A model generated the notes under the pieces. That model did no database searches. It was not told the origin of the DNA and saw only the letters and a program-made list of their open reading frames with translations. From contig OZ220744.1 of the NCBI GenBank assembly GCA_965116925.1, positions 3,328,001 through 3,392,000 on the forward strand: a stretch of 64,000 nucleotides of DNA, given 5' to 3'. Of the stretch, positions 29,465 through 40,490 are shown in pieces; position 1 is the first letter of the stretch; every line of letters starts with the position of its first letter. Origin of the DNA: Candidatus Poribacteria bacterium (lineage in GTDB: Bacteria; Poribacteria; WGA-4E; PCPOR2b). Both the position numbers and the translations under genes were made by a program.

Positions 29465-30940
29465 TAACCCAAGTTGCTAGTACACTGTCAGACAAATTAT
29501 GATTGTCTATATGGATTGAGACTCATAATACTTCGTAGGGGTCGGGTCACCCGACCCCCTTGTTGTATGCAAAACTTATATGACTGAGCACTAGTGGTGT
29601 GCGGCACGATAGAAACCAACCCCCTATACCCGTAGGTTGGGCCTCCCCGGTCCCGCCTGTTCCGATTTATCGGAGATTTATCGAGGATTCATCGGGGTAG
29701 AGGGCAATGTGTGTCGCAGAGGATGTCTAATCCAAATCCTTAAAGCCCCAGAGGGGCGATATGTCTATAGCAATGCCAAATCCCCGTATACCCCAAGCCC
29801 CAGAGGGGCGACATGTGTGTCGTCTATTTGATTATCTCTAATAGGCGTTGGATCTAGAAACTTGATTCTTTCAATGCAGCATCCACCGATGATATGGTAA
29901 AATATCAGAATGTGACTGGTACAACCATTCGATTTGCTGCAAATAAGAAAATGGTCTTGTTATGAACGCATCAAAAGAGACCAAAATTCCGTGTAATTAA
30001 TTTCTAACTTTAACTGCCCCCTTGGCAAAATCTAACAAAATCTAACACTTTTACGATTTACGCTGCCAACCGCAGCTGCTCCGTTCCGAGAGTTTTTAAC
30101 TTGCATCCCGCCTGTCCCGGTCATCGGGGATTTATCGGGCGGAGCGCAATGTGTGTCGCAGAGGAGGTCTAATCCAAGTCTTAAAGCCCCAGAGGGGCGA
30201 CATGTCTATAGCAATGCCGAATCTCTACACCTCCAAAGCCCCAGAGGGGCGACATGTGTATCGTAAATGTGGCTATTTCTCATGGGTGTCGAGTATGAAA
30301 ACTCAATCTACAGGTTGTCTAGCAACTTGCGTTATATATAACCTAAGTTGCTAGTCGTTGAAAGTCCATCGTTTTTTGCCGGGGCGGGGGCTCCCCGACC
30401 ATCTGGCAGGCCCTTTGTCTTCCGCTCCAGAGGAGCGATATGTCTATAGAACCGCAATAGGATGGATATCCGCGCTCCAGAGGAGCGCAATGTGTATAGC
30501 TAGGGTCAAACTGCCGATAAATCGAAGTCCTAAGAACGGATTGGCGAAGTCGGAGCCGAGCAGGTTTTATAACTAGCAACTTGCGTTCAAATAAGAAAAT
30601 GGTCTTGTTATGAACGCATCAAAAGAGAGCAAAATAGAGAGCAAAATTCCGTGTAATTATAGTGAATTCAAAAAATAAATAAACACTTGCGCCCCCCATG
30701 TTTGGTAGGCGCTGTTTTCAACTGCGCCGATTTGGAGTGTCTCATTAATTCTAACATCTACTATAATTCTATAGGACTTACACAGCCAACTGTAGGCGGG
30801 GCATCCTGCCCCGCAACACCTGTCGAGAATCGGAATTCTCTCCGACTACATAAGTCCTAACTTTAACGGCACCCTTGGCAAAATCTAACAAAATCTAACA
30901 CTTTTAGGATTTACGCTGCCAACCGTAGGTGCTCCGTTTC
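29465..30940. repeat. 1.5-kb mosaic of nested MITEs, REP doublets and two tandemly duplicated blocks
   Basis: taac..aagttgcta / tagcaacttgcgtt IRs at 29465/30320 and 30339/30574; aagccccagaggggcga.atgt repeats; block 29640-29820 resembles 30105-30260; block 29940-30086 resembles 30588-30939. Confidence 0.85.
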
Positions 30941-30973
30941 TAGTTTAATCGTCTTCCAGCATTAGGGACAGAG

Positions 30974-33900
30974 ATGGCAAAGAAAAAGACGAAAAAACAA
31001 CGCAAAAGACATCGCCTAAACGCAAATCCCAAGCGTCAAGCAAATGATTCGCTAAGAGGCTACTATTATCAACTCTTGCACAGTGTGCATGCTTGGCTAA
31101 GCCTTGCTGATGATGAGATCCTCTACCTGGAAGGTGCAGAAGACTTTGATAGAATATCGCCTGAAACTGCTACAGCAACACAGGTCAAAGACACACAACA
31201 CAACATCACACTCAGATTTCAGGAGGTGATTGACGCGATCAACCACTATTGGGAATTGCAAGATAACCATCGTGATATGAGTGTGAAGTTCCGTTTTCTC
31301 ACACGCTCCCAAATAGGTGTGGAACGAGGAAACCCATTTGGAGAAGGGCAAGCCGGGCTTCATGTGTGGAAACGTTGTTCGGGTGACGAGGCAACTATCA
31401 CAAAAATTTCCGAATTTTTACAAACTGAGGAAAGAATATCAAAGAAAGTAACCGATTTTCTCAAAGGGGCAGGACCTCAACAAATTTATAAACAACTCAT
31501 TGAACCTATTACTTGGGAAACGGACAGCAAGGAAGCTAGTTATGTTGCAGAATCCATAAAAGCAAAACTAATTCTTCATGGCGATCGACAAATTATTCCG
31601 ATCCCCCCCTCTGATTCCGAGAAAGTTGTTGATTCTCTTCTCGCGGAAGCCTGGAAGGTCGCAACCCAAAAAGAGAACCGCTTGCTCACCCGAGTGCGCT
31701 TTCTTGAAATTTTCTGGGCACAAGTAACTAAAACGATCTCGGCTCAGCAGTGGCGACACTATCAACAAATGCTAGCTGCAACAAAGAGTTCTGGCGGGGC
31801 AGGATTCATCGGAGGCTCATCCGATATTACTATTCAATCTCAGTCTCCCATACAAACTGCTATACCTCCGCTCTATCGCGATGTTGTTCCAAGACGAGAA
31901 CTGCTTGAGAGCATCCAAACTATACTTCAATCAGAGGGAATTGCTGTCCTCCAAGGGGGGACGGGAAGAGGAAAAACAACCCTTGCAAACTTGACAGCAA
32001 ATACTATAAACGACTCATCATGGCTTTGGCTGAATTTCACACGTAAAAATTCATCTCAGGTTGTCCAACTGCTACAGCAGCTTGCTGTTGAAATAAGTAA
32101 TCAATATTCACCAGTCAACATCGTCCTTGATGACCTGGACTTGCAGCCTCAAGAATTGCGAGGATATGAAGAAGTCTTAGGTGTTGTGGTTTATAGAGTA
32201 CTGGAACGTGGTGCAAAATTGTTAATTACAAGTCAATATGAGCTGCCCGGCAGCCTCAGCCGTCTCCTCGGCATATCATCATCCGTAGCCATCCAAGTTC
32301 CTAACTTTACCATATCCGAAATTGAGCAATTTGTGCAACAATTAGGTTGCCCTACTAATAACACAAAGACTTGGGCAAAATTGACTCAATTGCATACAAG
32401 TGGGCATCCGAGGCTTGTACACGCTCGACTTGCCCGATTGCGTGAGAAAGGTTGGCAGCAAGATGGAGATGAAAGCATCTTTCAAACACCCCGAGAGGTG
32501 ATAGAAGAACGCGAAGAAGCGCGACGATTGCTCACAGACCTGCCAGAAGATCAGCAGGAATTCCTCTACAGGTTGAGCTTGATGCCTATGGAATTCACGA
32601 AAGATTGTGTGCTCAACATTGGCGACATACCAAAATCTATACTTCATCCAGGAGATATTTTTAGCCAGTTGGTTGGTCCTTGGATAGATGTAGTCGATGA
32701 AAATTATTACATAGTTTCATCTTTATTAACTAACGCAACCAGTCAAGTTTGGTCCGAGAGCAAGATAAAAGGTCTTCATGCCCAGATTGCAAATGCGATC
32801 CTCAAAGCAAAGGATCTGACCACGATAGAAGCACACGCGATTCTCTTTCATAGTATGTTTGGGCAGAATCAAACAGGTTTTATTACTGTTATTCAAGCAT
32901 TGGTGACCGTTCCAGAGGACAACTGGAGAAAACTCAGCCAAGAATTCTCGTGGCTGATATATCTTAAAACCGATTTTCTTGATGGATTATTTCCTGGGGA
33001 GGACTTTGTAAATTATCTGTTTCGGTCATTCCAATATCGTATCGCCGTTGAGGTAGAACCAGAGTTTGCATCGAAGATACTTGAAATTTGGGATAAAGAA
33101 ACCACGCCACACCAACCACGTCAACTATATTTGCTGTCCCGTTTAATGCTGGCGATGCAGGCATTGATATACTATCAAGTGTCATTGCCAGTCAAGCAGA
33201 TGGTGGGCTATCTTAAAGAAATTATTGATATCACAGACAGCGATAAAGAGCTCCAAGAAATATATGGTAATCTCAGTGGATCGCCAAAAGAATATAAAAC
33301 TGATAAAACCAACAGTTTCAGTATCCTATTTAAATTTATCTGTGCGCGTCGTCCTTTTTACGCTCCATTCCTCAGCGATCTTATTGATGCGCTGGATGAG
33401 TTTGACCCAAAAATTAGGACTTTATTACTGGCTGATTTCGAGGATGGTAGTGTTGACTCTCGAATTTTGATCGATAGTGTCTGGTTGGCGGAAGCAAAAC
33501 TTGAAAATCCGGATTGGACCAGATGCCTTCAGGTATTTGACAGAGTAATTGAAAGATCTCTCGCGTGGGGTTATCCTCATATTGCTGCGGCATCAGCAAG
33601 GGGTAAAGCAATCATCCACGATGAATACTTGCATGCCCCTGATACTGCTCATAAGGTTCTTCAAGATATTTTATCAAAGCTGGAGCCATCACCGGTAATA
33701 GAGGAAGAACAAGCGGTAATACATTTTCACCAGAAACACTACACAGAAGCACTCAATATTTATGAACGGATTCTCCCTAAGTGGAATCCACCATTAGCAG
33801 AATTAGACAACGGTCCCTTAGACGGGTATCGTCAAGCCGCAATTTGCGCTGCACATTTGGACGATTGGGAGAAAGCGGCGGTCCTTTTTGAAGATGGAGT

Positions 33901-35080
33901 AAAAAGAGCTCAAAGAGTCAACCGCACTGAAGAATATATCGGTTTGTATGCCGATGCGGGATTTGCACAGTTTAAGGCAGGCAATATGTTGAATAGCATA
34001 AAGCTGTGGCATCTGACATTGCAAAAATTTGAGACGCTTCCTCAAGATAATACAGATGTCAAGTATTTTACCTTAAAGAAACGTTTAGGACACACTATAG
34101 GTTGGATGGCTGGACATGAGCGTGAAAGTTATCCTTTAGACTTTGAAGAACCGCCGGTAGGTTTCTGTAGCAATCTGGAGACAAATGAAAAATTTTTAAC
34201 CCTCCCTGATTTTCCAATGGGATATTCTTGGCTCCACCTAGCGCAAATTGAGTACAAATTTGGACATGAAACAACAGCTTTGGAGTACGCATTGCAGATC
34301 TCAGACCGGGAGGCATATCCAGAATTAAACTTCTTTCTTGTTTTACTTGAAGTACAGTATGACTTTAGAAACAAAACTTTTGATAATCTGCCACAACGTA
34401 TACATCAAATGACGAACGCGTGTGACTCAATACGAGAGAATAACCAAAGCGAAAGCATGGAAGAAAATAGCGAAGACGCAATTTATTCATCTATTACCCA
34501 TGTACCTAATTTCGCTTCTGTTGAGAACATTACTGTTATGTTGGTAGCAGCCCTTCTTGTTCAACTCCCAACAAGCATAGATACACATAAAATTCTGACT
34601 ATATGGCGTATAAATTCATCAGAGCTGCCTATAAATGACAATATGATTATTGCTCTTGATCTGATTGAATCAATGTTATACGGAGATAAGAATAATGCCC
34701 TGACAGTGATGAGAAAACCAGAATCAAAATATGAAGAACGACTCGCAGCAGCATTAAAAATTGTTCATGATATCGAAATGAATCCAGAAAACCTCTTTTA
34801 TGCACACACACTTATTGTAACCTTCTTCACTGGTCAGACATGGCTAGATCCTGTCATGACAGGTTTAGCAGAACTTCTTTCTGTGCAATGGCTTAAAAAA
34901 ATGAAATTTCGAGCTATGTTAAAAGCACCTATGATTACGGTGCCTCAGATAGAACAAGCCTGTAACAGCAGTGAGACCGGCAAGAAAAAAGTCGGTCAGA
35001 TTCTACTCGCAGCACGTCAAGCGGTTTCAATCAGAGTAGCACCTGAGACTTTACAGCAATTCCGCAGTTGGTCAGAATGA
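30974..35080 (+). CDS. Avs-like protein: Cap4/DUF4297-type nuclease + STAND NTPase + TPR-like C-terminus
   Basis: N-terminal DSLRGYYYQ...EGAEDFD...QVKDT; Walker A GGTGRGKT; Walker B IVLDDL; GHP motif; long helical TPR-like C-terminus; AT-rich. Confidence 0.75.
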   Translation: MAKKKTKKQRKRHRLNANPKRQANDSLRGYYYQLLHSVHAWLSLADDEILYLEGAEDFDRISPETATATQVKDTQHNITLRFQEVIDAINHYWELQDNHRDMSVKFRFLTRSQIGVERGNPFGEGQAGLHVWKRCSGDEATITKISEFLQTEERISKKVTDFLKGAGPQQIYKQLIEPITWETDSKEASYVAESIKAKLILHGDRQIIPIPPSDSEKVVDSLLAEAWKVATQKENRLLTRVRFLEIFWAQVTKTISAQQWRHYQQMLAATKSSGGAGFIGGSSDITIQSQSPIQTAIPPLYRDVVPRRELLESIQTILQSEGIAVLQGGTGRGKTTLANLTANTINDSSWLWLNFTRKNSSQVVQLLQQLAVEISNQYSPVNIVLDDLDLQPQELRGYEEVLGVVVYRVLERGAKLLITSQYELPGSLSRLLGISSSVAIQVPNFTISEIEQFVQQLGCPTNNTKTWAKLTQLHTSGHPRLVHARLARLREKGWQQDGDESIFQTPREVIEEREEARRLLTDLPEDQQEFLYRLSLMPMEFTKDCVLNIGDIPKSILHPGDIFSQLVGPWIDVVDENYYIVSSLLTNATSQVWSESKIKGLHAQIANAILKAKDLTTIEAHAILFHSMFGQNQTGFITVIQALVTVPEDNWRKLSQEFSWLIYLKTDFLDGLFPGEDFVNYLFRSFQYRIAVEVEPEFASKILEIWDKETTPHQPRQLYLLSRLMLAMQALIYYQVSLPVKQMVGYLKEIIDITDSDKELQEIYGNLSGSPKEYKTDKTNSFSILFKFICARRPFYAPFLSDLIDALDEFDPKIRTLLLADFEDGSVDSRILIDSVWLAEAKLENPDWTRCLQVFDRVIERSLAWGYPHIAAASARGKAIIHDEYLHAPDTAHKVLQDILSKLEPSPVIEEEQAVIHFHQKHYTEALNIYERILPKWNPPLAELDNGPLDGYRQAAICAAHLDDWEKAAVLFEDGVKRAQRVNRTEEYIGLYADAGFAQFKAGNMLNSIKLWHLTLQKFETLPQDNTDVKYFTLKKRLGHTIGWMAGHERESYPLDFEEPPVGFCSNLETNEKFLTLPDFPMGYSWLHLAQIEYKFGHETTALEYALQISDREAYPELNFFLVLLEVQYDFRNKTFDNLPQRIHQMTNACDSIRENNQSESMEENSEDAIYSSITHVPNFASVENITVMLVAALLVQLPTSIDTHKILTIWRINSSELPINDNMIIALDLIESMLYGDKNNALTVMRKPESKYEERLAAALKIVHDIEMNPENLFYAHTLIVTFFTGQTWLDPVMTGLAELLSVQWLKKMKFRAMLKAPMITVPQIEQACNSSETGKKKVGQILLAARQAVSIRVAPETLQQFRSWSE

Positions 35081-35268
35081 AAAGCAAAGCAGAAACAGGA
35101 GCAAAAACAAAAAAGAATCCGATAGCACAACGCCTAATCACGGCGATGGAGAAACCCCCACACCTCACCCACGAAGATGTTGAAGCACTGCGTCAATCAA
35201 TTGAAGAAGGAAAATTGCCCGTAAGATTTGATTCATCCCTTGAGCCTGCTGAACGTCAAAAACAATGA
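35077..35268 (+). CDS. Small hypothetical protein (63 aa)
   Basis: ATGA overlap with the Avs-like gene stop. Confidence 0.55.
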   Translation: MKSKAETGAKTKKNPIAQRLITAMEKPPHLTHEDVEALRQSIEEGKLPVRFDSSLEPAERQKQ

Positions 35269-35325
35269 ATGAAGTATCCCGTTTCTGCAACTTTGCATTG
35301 TATCAGTATGAAAATGGAGGAAATT

Positions 35326-36183
35326 ATGGCTGAAACGACTCTGCCAAGGTTACGTGTGAGTGAAAAAGAAGCACGGCAGAAAATAGAAGCACGAATTGAG
35401 GAGGGACAACAACTCTGTGGTCGTCCGATAAATTCAGAAGGTGAATTGGACCAAGCAATTATGGAATCCGATAATTGGTCAAGCTACAACACGGATCTCT
35501 TGATGGGACTATTTGATAGCTCGGCACCAGCTGATCAATACACAAACTTCTGTTATTCGCGTCTTGACGATGAGGAAATATATGATCGCCGTATGCTCGA
35601 TATGCCCGTCCCAGACTTGAAAGATGAAGTGAAAGAATATCAAGAGCGTATGGCACGTAGCATAAGTAGCCTAAAGGGAATCTGTGAACGATTTGAACTA
35701 TACGCTGACCCCTCAAAAACGTCTGAGTCCACCTTGGGCAACGAAGTATTTATCGTGCACGGGCACGACGATGAAGCTAAGGAAACGGTTGCTAGATTCG
35801 TAGAGAATTTTGGCATTGAGGCAGCCATACTTCATGAGCAAGCAAACAGAGGTCAAACAATTCCTGAAAAATTTGAAGAACATGCTAGTAAAGCAGCTTT
35901 TGCGATTATCTTGCTCACACCCGACGATGTTGGCGCATCAAAAGATGAGATAGACAACCCCAAACCGAGGGCGCGTCAGAATGTTGTCTTAGAACTAGGC
36001 TATTTTTGGGGTAGGCTGGGACGTGGGCGTGTATGTGTTCTCCACAAAGGAGGAGTTGAGCTGCCCTCAGATATGCAGGGATTACTCTATGTGCCCATGA
36101 ACAGCCCAGATGAATGGCAATTGCAATTAGCTAGAGAAATGAAGCAGGCAGAACTACCTGTCGATCTGAACAAACTTGCCTAG
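35326..36183 (+). CDS. TIR-like nucleotide-binding domain protein (CAP12/Pycsar-effector type TIR)
   Basis: VFIVHGHD, ILHEQ..RGQTI.EKFE, LLTPDD, RARQNVVLELGYF, ELPSD; GGAGG RBS before ATG 35326. Confidence 0.88.
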   Translation: MAETTLPRLRVSEKEARQKIEARIEEGQQLCGRPINSEGELDQAIMESDNWSSYNTDLLMGLFDSSAPADQYTNFCYSRLDDEEIYDRRMLDMPVPDLKDEVKEYQERMARSISSLKGICERFELYADPSKTSESTLGNEVFIVHGHDDEAKETVARFVENFGIEAAILHEQANRGQTIPEKFEEHASKAAFAIILLTPDDVGASKDEIDNPKPRARQNVVLELGYFWGRLGRGRVCVLHKGGVELPSDMQGLLYVPMNSPDEWQLQLAREMKQAELPVDLNKLA

Positions 36184-36219
36184 GACCAATAAACTTTAGG
36201 AACTCAAAGGAATCTCACC

Positions 36220-37905
36220 ATGCCCACACTCGACTTCAAAGGAAAACAACACATCTACGCCCACCATCTCACCGTCCCCTACCGACCAATCGTACCGGAT
36301 GAAAGCCGCTCCTGTAATCCCTCCGGTGCCGACGACAATCTCATCATCCACGACGATAACCTACACGCCCTCAAAGCCCTACTACCCTGCTATGCGAACC
36401 GTATCAAGTGTATCTACATTGACCCACCCTACAACACCGGCAGCCAGGCTTGGGTATACAACGACCGCGTGAACAGCCCGTTAATGCAGGAGTGGTTTGC
36501 TCAAAATAGCCCGGTTGATGGTGAAGACCTTGAGCGACACGATAAGTGGCTCTGTATGATGTGGACGCGCCTGCACCTGCTACGAGAGTTATTATCCGAT
36601 GACGGCGTGATTTTTGTGTCCATTGATGACCACGAGCAGCACCATTTGCGGATGATAATGGACGAAATATTTGGGGCTGAAACATTTATTGCATGTCTTG
36701 CGGCAGTTCTGAATCTAAAGGGGAGTAGGGACAATCGAGGTTTCACCACTACACATGAAAGCGTACTTGTTTATGAGAAGGTTGCCAGATCAGCAACCTT
36801 GCATGAAGTACCTTTGCGTGATGACGACATTGATGACTGGCTTCAAGACGATGTGGGTTGGTATAAAAAAGGCGCAAATCTGAAGTACAGTGGGGAAAAC
36901 GCACCTAGAGAGAGAAGGCCAAATCTATTTTATCCAATATATGTACATGAAGATGGTACTGTTGGAGTCGAACCGCAATCTGATACATCGGAAGAACTTT
37001 GGCCGATCGCAGATGGTGGTCGTGAAGTGACTTGGCGCTGGAGTCGAGATACAGTTGCAGCAAATCCGAATGAGATCCTTGCTATTCGATCATTAATAGG
37101 TTGGACATTACATAAGAAACAACGACCACCGGTTGGGGTTGTTCCATCGAAAAAGCCCAAGTCAACATTCTATTCGCCTAAGTACTCTGCTACTACTGCT
37201 ACAACCATTGTTAAAGAAATTTTCGACAATACCAGAACATTTGATTATCCAAAATCGCCATATTTCTTAGCTGACCTGATAAGTATTGCCGGTGTTGGTA
37301 CTGACGACATAGTCCTTGACTCCTTTGCCGGCAGCGGCACCACCGCCCATGCTGTCTTGGAACTGAACAAGGAAGATGGTGGCAATCGAAAGTTTATCCT
37401 CATTGAGTGCGAGGATTATGCCGACACCATTACTGCCGAGCGGGTCCGCCGGGTCATCAATGGCGTTCCCAATGCCCGCGACGCTTCACTGCGCGAAGGC
37501 TTGGGCGGTTCCTTCACCTACGGCAGATTGGGCGAATCTATTGAAATGGAAGGTATGCTCACCGGGGAAGCACTTCCGTCTTACGAATCACTCGCTGCCT
37601 ATCTACTGTATATAGCTTCTGGAGTTTCTATCGGACCGAATGCGTTGGGACCAAGAAACGATGATGGACTCTTTCACAGCAATGATGGAACTGACTACTA
37701 CCTGCTCTACAAATCCGATCTCGAATACTTACGGAGCGACGAGGCGATGCTTAACCTTGAACGAGCGGAACGTATACGCGACGCTAACCATCAGAACGGG
37801 AGTAAAGCAATCGTTTACGCACCGGGCAAATACATCGGTCAGCGCGAACTCACAGGGATGGGCATTACATTCTGTCAACTTCCCCATGCGCTGCATGAAA
37901 GGTAA
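36220..37905 (+). CDS. mod: Type III RM methyltransferase
   Basis: MPTLDFKGK start, IYIDPPYNTG, FDYPK, LDSFAGSGTTAHAVL; directly upstream of res. Confidence 0.93.
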   Translation: MPTLDFKGKQHIYAHHLTVPYRPIVPDESRSCNPSGADDNLIIHDDNLHALKALLPCYANRIKCIYIDPPYNTGSQAWVYNDRVNSPLMQEWFAQNSPVDGEDLERHDKWLCMMWTRLHLLRELLSDDGVIFVSIDDHEQHHLRMIMDEIFGAETFIACLAAVLNLKGSRDNRGFTTTHESVLVYEKVARSATLHEVPLRDDDIDDWLQDDVGWYKKGANLKYSGENAPRERRPNLFYPIYVHEDGTVGVEPQSDTSEELWPIADGGREVTWRWSRDTVAANPNEILAIRSLIGWTLHKKQRPPVGVVPSKKPKSTFYSPKYSATTATTIVKEIFDNTRTFDYPKSPYFLADLISIAGVGTDDIVLDSFAGSGTTAHAVLELNKEDGGNRKFILIECEDYADTITAERVRRVINGVPNARDASLREGLGGSFTYGRLGESIEMEGMLTGEALPSYESLAAYLLYIASGVSIGPNALGPRNDDGLFHSNDGTDYYLLYKSDLEYLRSDEAMLNLERAERIRDANHQNGSKAIVYAPGKYIGQRELTGMGITFCQLPHALHER

Positions 37906-37917
37906 AAAGGTGCTGAC

Positions 37918-40464
37918 ATGATGGAATTGAAAACGTATCAACTCCGTACACTTGATACCTTTAGCCATTGGCTTGAGACACTTAAAGACGCACAGAATGA
38001 ATCAGATACTGCGATTGAGGCGTTGAGAGGGACGGGGATTGATATTTCAATCCTCAATGAAGCCCGTAATTATCCCAAAACGGCGTGGGAAAAACTGAGG
38101 GCAGATGGTGGTGTGGCAGAAAGTGCGAGCGAATATATCGATCGCACCGACGGCGCGGACCGTCCGATTCCGCATATCTGCTTCAAAGTACCGACAGGTG
38201 GTGGTAAAACCTTGCTCGCCGCCGCCGCTCTGGAACGCCGTCATCAGCAAACCGGACTGATATTGTGGGTTGTACCGAGCAAGGCTATCTACGCACAAAC
38301 AAAAGCCGCCCTGTGGAATCGGGAGCATCCCTATCGTCAAATGTTAGAGCGGGCAAGCGCGGGGCGCGTCAAAATGTTGGAAAAGGATGATTCATTCAAC
38401 AGTAACGATACTGCCAATTATCTGTGTGTTATGTTGCTAATGTTACCGGCGACAAACCGACAGAGAGGCAGAGAGTTTCTGCGTATGTTTAAGGATTCAG
38501 GGCGTTATCCAAGTTTTTTCCCTGATGGCGATGATCTCCTCAGTGACGGCCGCATGATGGAAACCTACCCCGATTTGGAGTGTAATTTTGAAGGCGGCAC
38601 AATCAAGCACAGTCTGTTTAATGTGTTTAAGATACTACGTCCCGTCGTCGTTCTCGACGAAGCACATAAAGCGTATGGAGCGAAAAGGAGGGAGGCAAAC
38701 GAAGAATTTGCCCGTTCCATCAATCGTCTGAACCCCCGGCTGGTTATTGAACTCTCTGCGACCCCGAACCGCGGCATAAGCAATCTTCTCGTCGATATCG
38801 AAGGACCCGACCTGAAAAAGGAGGAGATGATCAAACTGCCTGTGCAGGTGACATCATTTCCTAATGCTGAGTGGGGGTTAACGCTGGGGCAAGCGGTTGA
38901 AGAACTAGACCGCTTGGAAGCAGAAGCCAGATCCCTTGAGCACAGCACGGGCCGTTATATCCGTCCGATTGCCGTTGTGCGCGTTGAGCGGACGGGAAAC
39001 GATCAAAGAGATAATGAGCATATCCACGCAGAGGATGTGCGCGAATATCTCACGCAAAATTTACACGTGCCTTCGGATACAGTTCGCGTCAAATCTGCCA
39101 CAAACGATGAGCTCGGCAGAGAAAATCTACTCTCTGAATATTCAGAGGTGCGATGGATCATCACAAAATCCGCGCTGATGGAAGGTTGGGATTGTCCCTT
39201 TGCTTATCTGTTGGTGATGTTGGACAATACGCAAGCGCAACGCGCTATCACGCAACTGGTGGGGCGGGTGATGCGGCAACCGGGCGCGCAACTTACTGAT
39301 AGGGAATTACTTGATCAGTGTTATGTCTATTGCAATAACGTTGAGGTGGGCACTGTCGTCGAGCAGGTCAAAAAAGGCTTGGAAGCGGAGGGGCTAACGG
39401 GCTTGGGCGACGAAGTAATGGGTGGGTTGGGCTCACAGCAACAACAGGACGAGATGCAGCAACAGACCGTGTGCCGCCGCGAGCAGTTTCAAGGGCAGGA
39501 TATCTTTCTGCCGATGGTGCTCCATAAAAACGGCGACGATTGGGTGCAACTCGATTATCAATCTCATATCCTACCACATATAGATTGGTCAAAAATTAAA
39601 CCACCCGACCCAGAAGCATCAGCACCCGATGGTACAAGACAGCAATCCGCAGCAGTTAATTTCGATGAGATACCAGTTTACCATGCCGACCAAGCTTTGG
39701 ATATTGACAGAACGGTCAAAGTTTCCCACTTCACCCGTCATTTGTCCGACATTCTGCCCAATCCGTGGCAAGCTGCCCGAATTGTAGAGCAGCTGATTGA
39801 GGGCCAAAAACAGGAGGACAAAACTGACGCAGATATTTACGACCGACGTGCTTATCTCGCACATCTGCTGCGGGAACATGTCAAAAATGAACTGGAAACA
39901 CAGGCAGAGCAGGTCTTTCACGAAAAACTGAGGCAAGGCGAAATCCGCTTTGATTTGGAGGTCGGACAACCCAATTTCCGCATGAAACACCACTATGAGA
40001 TACAGGTTAGCTCCGATGATAGGCCATTATTAAGAAATTATGAACCTGTGCAGCTCACTCTATTTGAACCGATCTTTGAACGAGATTTCGCTAACGAATT
40101 GGAAAAGAAATTTGCCTGTTATCTTGATGAGCAGAGAGCAGTGCAATGGTGGCATCGAGTCGCAGCACGTCAACAGGGGGAGTATTATCTGCAAGGCTGG
40201 AAGAAGGGACGGATTTACCCCGACTTCGTTGCGATGGCGAGCGAAGAGCGTCTGCTAATTTTCGAGACAAAAGGCGAACACTTACTTTGCAACCCTGACA
40301 CCGAGTACAAGCGAAAGGTGTTGAAGGCACTTGAGGGGGCGTTCAATGAGGTCGGCACAATGAGGCTAGGCGAGTCACCCAACAGCATTTTTCGATTGGT
40401 ATTCAGCGAGCACGATTTCCCACAGATAGGCGCACAGTTGGGCGAACAATATTCGCATAGCTAA
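37918..40464 (+). CDS. res: Type III RM restriction subunit (SF2 helicase plus PD-(D/E)xK nuclease)
   Basis: VPTGGGKT, DEAH, SATP, EGWDCP, QLVGRVMR, C-terminal IYPDF...ETKG. Confidence 0.92.
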   Translation: MMELKTYQLRTLDTFSHWLETLKDAQNESDTAIEALRGTGIDISILNEARNYPKTAWEKLRADGGVAESASEYIDRTDGADRPIPHICFKVPTGGGKTLLAAAALERRHQQTGLILWVVPSKAIYAQTKAALWNREHPYRQMLERASAGRVKMLEKDDSFNSNDTANYLCVMLLMLPATNRQRGREFLRMFKDSGRYPSFFPDGDDLLSDGRMMETYPDLECNFEGGTIKHSLFNVFKILRPVVVLDEAHKAYGAKRREANEEFARSINRLNPRLVIELSATPNRGISNLLVDIEGPDLKKEEMIKLPVQVTSFPNAEWGLTLGQAVEELDRLEAEARSLEHSTGRYIRPIAVVRVERTGNDQRDNEHIHAEDVREYLTQNLHVPSDTVRVKSATNDELGRENLLSEYSEVRWIITKSALMEGWDCPFAYLLVMLDNTQAQRAITQLVGRVMRQPGAQLTDRELLDQCYVYCNNVEVGTVVEQVKKGLEAEGLTGLGDEVMGGLGSQQQQDEMQQQTVCRREQFQGQDIFLPMVLHKNGDDWVQLDYQSHILPHIDWSKIKPPDPEASAPDGTRQQSAAVNFDEIPVYHADQALDIDRTVKVSHFTRHLSDILPNPWQAARIVEQLIEGQKQEDKTDADIYDRRAYLAHLLREHVKNELETQAEQVFHEKLRQGEIRFDLEVGQPNFRMKHHYEIQVSSDDRPLLRNYEPVQLTLFEPIFERDFANELEKKFACYLDEQRAVQWWHRVAARQQGEYYLQGWKKGRIYPDFVAMASEERLLIFETKGEHLLCNPDTEYKRKVLKALEGAFNEVGTMRLGESPNSIFRLVFSEHDFPQIGAQLGEQYSHS

Positions 40465-40490
40465 AGGATAACAAGACACAATTGGTATTT

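Noticed and set aside
29640..30500. aagccccagaggggcgacatgt repeats with about 30-nt gaps as a CRISPR array
   Set aside because: They occur only as doublets, are dispersed (also near 26798, 45901, 45953), the intervening sequences are homologous to each other, and no cas genes are present; REP-like instead.
29637..30579. Short ORFs in the repeat mosaic (29637, 30151, 30343, 30358)
   Set aside because: Translations of REP/MITE sequence with no RBS or recognisable domain.
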